Assembly (NCBI GenBank): GCA_033762915.1
Contig: JANRLD010000119.1
Coordinates: 1 to 35,451, forward strand
Direction of reading: 5' to 3'
DNA: 35,451 nucleotides
Origin: Meiothermus sp.
GTDB taxonomy: Bacteria > Deinococcota > Deinococci > Deinococcales > Thermaceae
Below, piece after piece: positions 30,195 to 35,451 of this stretch (the stretch's first letter is position 1; each line of letters opens with the position of its first letter). The notes beneath the pieces are model-generated. The model searched no databases. It was not told where the DNA came from and saw nothing but the letters and a program-made list of their open reading frames with translations. The translations under genes and the position numbers were made by a program.

Positions 30195-30217
30195 TAGAGT
30201 GGAGGTGGGCTACACCG

Positions 30218-32275
30218 CTAATCGGTCGCTTCCCCAGCCTCCATCGGCTTGCGTTTCATGTTTTGCACCACCAACTCGGAGATGTCCAGCACCTTGGGAG
30301 CTTGGCCTTCAGGTTCTTGGGTGGCCTCGAGGTTCATCATCTGCATACAGAAGGGGCAGCCCACCGCAATGGTGTCGGCCTTGGTTCCCTTGAGTTCGCG
30401 GTAGCGGTTGGTGGAGACCCGCTCGTTGCCGGGTTCCTCCTCCTTCCAAAACTGTGCCCCGCCCGCCCCGCAGCAGAAGCTGTTCTTGCCGTGGCGCTCG
30501 GGTTCGTGCACCTTCAAGCCCGTGGCTTTGATAACCGCTCGAGGCTCCTCAATCACATCGTTGTGCCGCCCAAGGTAACAGGGGTCGTGGTAAGTGACTT
30601 CGCCTGCCATTGGGATCATCTCGAGCTTCTTGGCATCAATCAACTCAGCGATGTAATCCGAATGGTGCTTGACCTGATAGGTTCCGCCGAAGTCCTTGTA
30701 CTCGTTGGCCAGGGTATGGAAACAGTGCGGGCAAGTGGTGACGATGGTCTTGGGTCTGACTTCCATCGCGGCGTTCAAGTTCTCGACGTTTTCGGTGGCC
30801 AACTGCATAAACAAGAACTCGTTGCCCGCCCGCCGTGCCGCATCGCCGGTGCATTTTTCCTGTTTGCCCAGTACTGCCCAGTTGGTTCCCGACTCCTGCA
30901 AAATCTCGGCGAAGGCTTTGGCGGTTTTCTGGGCTCGAGGGTCGTAGCTGGGGGCACAACCCACCCAGTACAGTACATCGGCCTCGGGGTTTTGGCTGAC
31001 GGTTTGCACCTCGAAGCCCAGCCCCTCCGTCCAGCCCATTCGCTTGTCTTGGCCCAAGTTCCAGGGGTTGCCGTTGCGCTCCATGCCTTTGAAGGCATTA
31101 TTGAGCTGGGCGGGGAACTCGCCTTGCATCATCACCCGTTCGCGCCGCACGTCCACGATGTGCAGCATCTGCTCGTTGCCCACTGGGCAGACCTCCACGC
31201 AAGCGTTGCAGGTGGTGCAGGCCCAAATCGCCTCGTCGTTCATGGCAAAGTCCATCAGCGGACGGGGGCTTTCCTTGCCGCTCGAGAACATCGGCAAGAT
31301 CTCATTCAACTCGTAGCGTTCGTTGATCAAAATCGCAGCAGGTGATAGAGCCTTGCCCGTGGTGTAGGCGGGGCAAACTTCCTGGCAGCGGTTGCACATG
31401 ATGCAGCTATAGGCATCTAAGAGGCGGGGCCACGAATAATCTTCTAACTTCGCTACCCCGAACTTCTCCATCTTCTCGAGTGCTTCAAAATCCTTCGCAA
31501 TCGGAACCAAGGCCCCCGGTTTTTCTTTTTTGAAAGCCAGATTCAACGGAGCCAAGAACAGGTGGATGTGCTTGCTGCGAGCGAAGTAGGGGATAAACAG
31601 CAGAATCGAGCCGATGGCGAACCACCAGAAGACGTGCTCGGCCACCACCACTTGGTCTACGTCGAGTTGTAGAAATAGGTTAGACACAAAGCCCGCGATG
31701 GGCTGGAAGGGGTCGGGGCCGTAGTCGAGGTTGGCGGCTTGGGCGGCTTTTGATACTAAGCGAGAGCCGACGTGAAAAAGGATAAACCCTGCGACGATTC
31801 CCGAATCTTTGGGTATGCCGTTGCGGACAGCCGGGTGCAGGGGAGTCCTCGGATTCCAGCTAAAGGTCTTGCGCCCGCCACCCGAGAAACGGCGAATCAT
31901 CAAGCCCACAATCCCAATCAGAATCAGGGCAGTCAGCACATCCGCCACGATATTGAAGCCGTTCCAGAAGCCTCCTCGAGCCTTGAGCGGGAATAGCCCC
32001 TCGAGCACATCCACCAGGTTCACACTCAGGTAGAACACGAAGCCGTAGAACACGAAGGCGTGCAGCAGGCTGACCCAAGGCCGCTTTTTGAAGACGGTCT
32101 GCATGATCAGGGTCTGCCAGAGGGCGCGGCCCAGGCGGGTGGGCAGGTTGTCGAAGCGGTTTTCGGGAGCGCCCCGGCGGATGGCCAGGTAAACGCGGTA
32201 TAGTGCGCCGCCCCCAAAATAAATCGAGGCCAGCACCAGCAGCACAAAGGCGACTTTCTCGGGTGTGGTCAGCAT
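30218..32275 (-). CDS. Membrane-bound Fe-S oxidoreductase, FadF/HdrD-GlpC-like
   Basis: N-terminal TM domain; CIMCNRCQEVCP and CTTCNACVEVCP; two CCG domains (YHDPCYLGR, FCCGAGG, CPFC). Confidence 0.9.
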   Translation of the reverse strand: MLTTPEKVAFVLLVLASIYFGGGALYRVYLAIRRGAPENRFDNLPTRLGRALWQTLIMQTVFKKRPWVSLLHAFVFYGFVFYLSVNLVDVLEGLFPLKARGGFWNGFNIVADVLTALILIGIVGLMIRRFSGGGRKTFSWNPRTPLHPAVRNGIPKDSGIVAGFILFHVGSRLVSKAAQAANLDYGPDPFQPIAGFVSNLFLQLDVDQVVVAEHVFWWFAIGSILLFIPYFARSKHIHLFLAPLNLAFKKEKPGALVPIAKDFEALEKMEKFGVAKLEDYSWPRLLDAYSCIMCNRCQEVCPAYTTGKALSPAAILINERYELNEILPMFSSGKESPRPLMDFAMNDEAIWACTTCNACVEVCPVGNEQMLHIVDVRRERVMMQGEFPAQLNNAFKGMERNGNPWNLGQDKRMGWTEGLGFEVQTVSQNPEADVLYWVGCAPSYDPRAQKTAKAFAEILQESGTNWAVLGKQEKCTGDAARRAGNEFLFMQLATENVENLNAAMEVRPKTIVTTCPHCFHTLANEYKDFGGTYQVKHHSDYIAELIDAKKLEMIPMAGEVTYHDPCYLGRHNDVIEEPRAVIKATGLKVHEPERHGKNSFCCGAGGAQFWKEEEPGNERVSTNRYRELKGTKADTIAVGCPFCMQMMNLEATQEPEGQAPKVLDISELVVQNMKRKPMEAGEATD

Positions 32276-32332
32276 AAAGGGTCAGGATGCGGGCCTGGTT
32301 TGAGGATACGCCGCTCGTTCTCTGGCGTTCTA

Positions 32333-33220
32333 CTAGGCGGTCACGCCTGCCGCCGAGGGCCTGAGCGCCCCGTAGGTACTGGCGATGGCGACCTCGATCA
32401 TGTCGTCGGTGGGCTCTTTCACGGTGAGCATCTGGAAGCGGAAACCGAGCGCCTTGAGCAGGTCGGCGACAGGATTTTGAGCGGCGGCACTCCAGCGGAG
32501 CAGCTCGAAGGCCAGCCCGGCCACCAGCGGCAGGAACAGCACCCTCGAGCCCAGCCGCCACCACAGCACCTCCTGGGCTGGAACCAGACTGTAGACCACC
32601 ACGCTGGACAGGATCACGAAGGCGATGAAGGTGGTGCCGCAGCGGGGGTGGAAGGCGGGCATGGCCCGGACGTTCTCCACGGTCAGCTCGAGGCCCCGCT
32701 CGTGGGCCGCGATGGCCTTGTGCTCGGCCCCGTGGTACATGAAGAAGCGCTGCATGTCGGGGAGCCGCCCGATCAGGAGGAGGTAGCCCACCAGCAACGC
32801 CGCCTTGATCAGCCCCGCCAGGGCGTTGTAGCCGACCGGGTTGACGGCGGCGTTGACCAGCAGCCCGGCCAGGAAGCCCGGCAGCACGATGAACAGCCCC
32901 ACCCCCAGCGCCAACGAGACCGCCATCGTGGCGTAAAGTGCAGCCTTGGAAGTAGCCTGGGTCTCCTCCCCAGCCAACTGGGCGCTACGGCTCAGGGCGC
33001 GGTAAGAGAGCCCCATCGAGTCCACCAGGGCCACCACCCCCCGCAGCAGGGGCAGCCGCGCCCAGGGGTAGCGCTTGGAAAGGGCGGGCTCGGGGTGACG
33101 CTCGGTGTGGATGGTGCCGTCGGGCAGACGTACCGCCAAGGCCCAGGCATCGCTGGCCTTCATCATCACGCCCTCGAGGGCCGCGCTGCCGCCCAAAGGG
33201 CTGTTGGTAGGTGGGTTCAT
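32333..33220 (-). CDS. DUF1385 domain membrane protein
   Basis: GGSAALEGVMM, YHGAEHK, HPRCGTTF, QMLTVKEP. Confidence 0.9.
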   Translation of the reverse strand: MNPPTNSPLGGSAALEGVMMKASDAWALAVRLPDGTIHTERHPEPALSKRYPWARLPLLRGVVALVDSMGLSYRALSRSAQLAGEETQATSKAALYATMAVSLALGVGLFIVLPGFLAGLLVNAAVNPVGYNALAGLIKAALLVGYLLLIGRLPDMQRFFMYHGAEHKAIAAHERGLELTVENVRAMPAFHPRCGTTFIAFVILSSVVVYSLVPAQEVLWWRLGSRVLFLPLVAGLAFELLRWSAAAQNPVADLLKALGFRFQMLTVKEPTDDMIEVAIASTYGALRPSAAGVTA

Positions 33221-33240
33221 AGGTGTATGCACTCCTGGGT

Positions 33241-34371
33241 TCAGGGCAGGTAGACCAGCGGGTTGCGCGGCTGTCCGCCCACCCGCACCTCGAGGTGGGT
33301 GTGGGGGCCGGTAGACCAGCCGGTGGAGCCGACGTAGCCGATCACCTGCCCCCGCTGCACCCACTGACCGGCCCGCACGGCGGTGCTCGACATGTGGGCA
33401 TAGAGGGTCTCGACTCCCTCACCGTGGCCGATGACCACATGGATGCCGTAGCCAAAGGGACTCCACCCGGCGGTGTCCACCCGCCCCGAGCGGGAGGCGT
33501 AGATCGGGCTGCCGTAAGGGGCGGCCAGGTCGAGGCCGGTGTGGCGGCGCTGGAAGGCCCCGCGCACGCCGAAGTAGGTGGTAATGACATAGCGGCTCAG
33601 GGGCCAGCGGTATCCGCCCGCCGCCACCACCGCATTGGCCGGGGTCAGTCGGGCCACCACAGTGCTGCGAATCGGGCGGTCGAGGGCGGCCTGGCGGGCA
33701 CGCTCTTGGGCCAGGCGCTGCCGGGCCTGACGGCGCTGGGCCTCGGCTACGGCCTGGCGGCGCTTCTCCTCCTCCGCCGCGAGCAGGCGCTGGTAGTCCT
33801 GGCCGCTGGTCTTTCCGGGCAGCAGCAGCCAGTCGCCCGCCGCCAGCTCAAGTGGGTGAGACAGCCCGTTGGCGCGAACCAGCCGGGCCAGGGGCAGCCC
33901 GAAGCGTCGGGCCACCCGCGCCACGTCGTCGCCCTCGGCCAAGCGGATCATCGCGCCCCGCTCCTCGCCGGGAATCGCGACGACATCACCCGGCCGAACG
34001 TCATGCACGTCGCGGTAGCCGGGGTTGGCCGAGACCAGCTCGAGGGCGCTTACTCCGTAGCGCCGCGCCAGCCCGTTGAGGGTCTCGCCGGGCCTCACCC
34101 GGTGCAACCGCACGCCCGGCGGGTAGCGCGGGGCCGCCTGGGGAGCCTCGAGGGGGATGCGCAACTCGTCACCGACGCGGGGCGGGGCGCGCAGGCCGCT
34201 GGCCGCCCGGACGGACTCGACCTCCGCGCCGTACCGGGCCGCCAGGGCCGCCAGGGTCTCTCCCGGCTGCACCCGGTGGATCAGCCAGCCCCGCTGGGGG
34301 CTGGGGGGGACGGCGATCTCGAGGGGGGCTAAGTTGTTGAACAGCAGAAAAAACGGGAGCAGAAATTCCAT
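33241..34371 (-). CDS. LysM-domain M23 metallopeptidase
   Basis: Three LysM repeats; HTGLD, YAHM, STGPHTHLE; GGAGG RBS. Confidence 0.92.
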   Translation of the reverse strand: MEFLLPFFLLFNNLAPLEIAVPPSPQRGWLIHRVQPGETLAALAARYGAEVESVRAASGLRAPPRVGDELRIPLEAPQAAPRYPPGVRLHRVRPGETLNGLARRYGVSALELVSANPGYRDVHDVRPGDVVAIPGEERGAMIRLAEGDDVARVARRFGLPLARLVRANGLSHPLELAAGDWLLLPGKTSGQDYQRLLAAEEEKRRQAVAEAQRRQARQRLAQERARQAALDRPIRSTVVARLTPANAVVAAGGYRWPLSRYVITTYFGVRGAFQRRHTGLDLAAPYGSPIYASRSGRVDTAGWSPFGYGIHVVIGHGEGVETLYAHMSSTAVRAGQWVQRGQVIGYVGSTGWSTGPHTHLEVRVGGQPRNPLVYLP

Positions 34372-34386
34372 CGGTCACCTCCGGGC

Positions 34387-35280
34387 CTACCACGAGCCGT
34401 GCCCGTGGGCCTCCTCGCCGCGCTGGGCAGGGGTCTCGAGCTGCACCGTGACGTGCTCGATGCCGTGGCGCTCGGCCACCGAGCGCACCTGGGGGATCAG
34501 GGCCGCGTCGGGAATCTCCATCACCAGGTGCACCGCCAGGCTGTTCTCCCCGCTGGTCACGGCCCACACGTGCAGGTCGTGAACCGCCAACACACCGGGT
34601 AGCACAGCCAGCTCGCCTTGCAGCAGCCGCACCTCCACGCCTTCGGGCACCCCCTCCAGCAGCACGTTCACGCTCTGCGAGAGCAGCCGCCAGGTGCGCG
34701 GCAGCACCCACAGCCCGATCAGCGCCGCCAGCACCGGGTCTACCCAGACCCAGCCGGTGAAGAAGATCAGCACCGCGCCCGCGATCACTGCCACCGAACC
34801 CAGCAGGTCGGCCAGCACCTCGAGGTAGGCCCCCCGCACGTTCAGGCTCTCCCCGCTCCCCCCGGCCAGCAGCCGGGCGGCGATCAGGTTCACCACCAGC
34901 CCGCCCAGCGCCACCAGCAGCATCGGCAGCGACTGCACCTCGGTGGGCTGGTTGAGCCGCTTGTAGGCCTCGAAGAGGATGTAGAAGGCCACGGCGAACA
35001 ACACGGCAGCGTTGAGGGCGGCGGCCAGCACCTCAAAGCGCCGGTAGCCGAAGGTGCGCCGGGCGTCGGCGGCCCGCTTGCCCAGCCGGATGGCGACGAG
35101 CGCGATCCCCAGGCCCATCACGTCGGTGAACATGTGGGCCGCGTCGGAGAGCAGGGCCAAGCTGCCGAACACGACCCCCCCGACCACCTGCGCCACCAGG
35201 TAGCCCCCCGTCAGCACCAGCGCCCAGCGCAGGCGGGCCTCGGGCAGGGTTTGGCGGTCGGAATGGTCGTGGGCGCTCAT
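34387..35280 (-). CDS. czcD: Cation diffusion facilitator, CzcD-like
   Basis: SLALLSDAAHMFTD; TFGYRRFE; AYLEVLAD; VHDLHVW; HVTVQ. Confidence 0.9.
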   Translation of the reverse strand: MSAHDHSDRQTLPEARLRWALVLTGGYLVAQVVGGVVFGSLALLSDAAHMFTDVMGLGIALVAIRLGKRAADARRTFGYRRFEVLAAALNAAVLFAVAFYILFEAYKRLNQPTEVQSLPMLLVALGGLVVNLIAARLLAGGSGESLNVRGAYLEVLADLLGSVAVIAGAVLIFFTGWVWVDPVLAALIGLWVLPRTWRLLSQSVNVLLEGVPEGVEVRLLQGELAVLPGVLAVHDLHVWAVTSGENSLAVHLVMEIPDAALIPQVRSVAERHGIEHVTVQLETPAQRGEEAHGHGSW

Positions 35281-35284
35281 CGGG

Positions 35285-35451
35285 TTACAGGGTCAGGAAG
35301 GGCCGGGTCTGCCCGCCCACCAGGGCCACCACCCGGTAGGGCTCGGTCTTGGGGCCGGGCATGCCCGGCGTGCCGATGGGCATCCCGCCCAGCGCGATGC
35401 CGTCCAAGCGGGGCCGCTCGCGGAACAGCTTGACCAGCGCCTCCTTCGGCA
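35285..35451 (-). CDS. C-terminus of a DUF411/CopG-family protein (partial, not in ORF track)
   Basis: Reads PKEALVKLFRERPRLDGIALGGMPIGTPGMPGPKTEPYRVVAL...TL*; GMP.G.PGM is the DUF411 signature. Confidence 0.8.
   Translation of the reverse strand, partial: PKEALVKLFRERPRLDGIALGGMPIGTPGMPGPKTEPYRVVALVGGQTRPFLTL

Overview
High-GC bacterial DNA, most likely Deinococcota (Thermaceae, Meiothermus-like). This is inferred from a Thermus-type C-H-H CsoR in a copZ-csoR-copA operon, many leaderless TAnnnT-6/7nt-start promoters and very frequent CTCGAG. Most of the window is a copper/heavy-metal homeostasis island. It holds ccdA, SHOCT and Met/Gly-rich exported proteins, a Tat multicopper oxidase, two P1B ATPases (a His-rich CopB-like one with CPD, and a canonical CopA), DUF305 proteins (one frameshifted), an orphan MsrQ-like protein, and an ATPase-less family-5 ABC transporter with a motif-degenerate PIG-L protein. 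It also holds ArsR plus an NreB-like MFS, a GDCCVxC protein, a GntR / class-V lyase / polar amino-acid ABC module, a GT4, an SCO-PCuAC-CopC operon, HupE/UreJ, an intact IS630, a FadF-like Fe-S protein, DUF1385, a LysM-M23 protein, a CzcD-like CDF and a partial CopG (DUF411). Signals not visible in the ORF track: (1) a DUF2946-like CxxC/RAPP leader whose arrest-motif codons can pair with the RBS of the downstream Cu-chaperone operon; (2) an 18-bp tandem box (CTTTACA-N4-CTTAATA) found five times at a near-fixed distance from -10-like hexamers; (3) several CsoR-type operators; (4) a leaderless 19-aa His-rich peptide ahead of the GT4; (5) a decayed MazG-like pseudogene. All family calls come from motif recognition by eye; no database searches were run.
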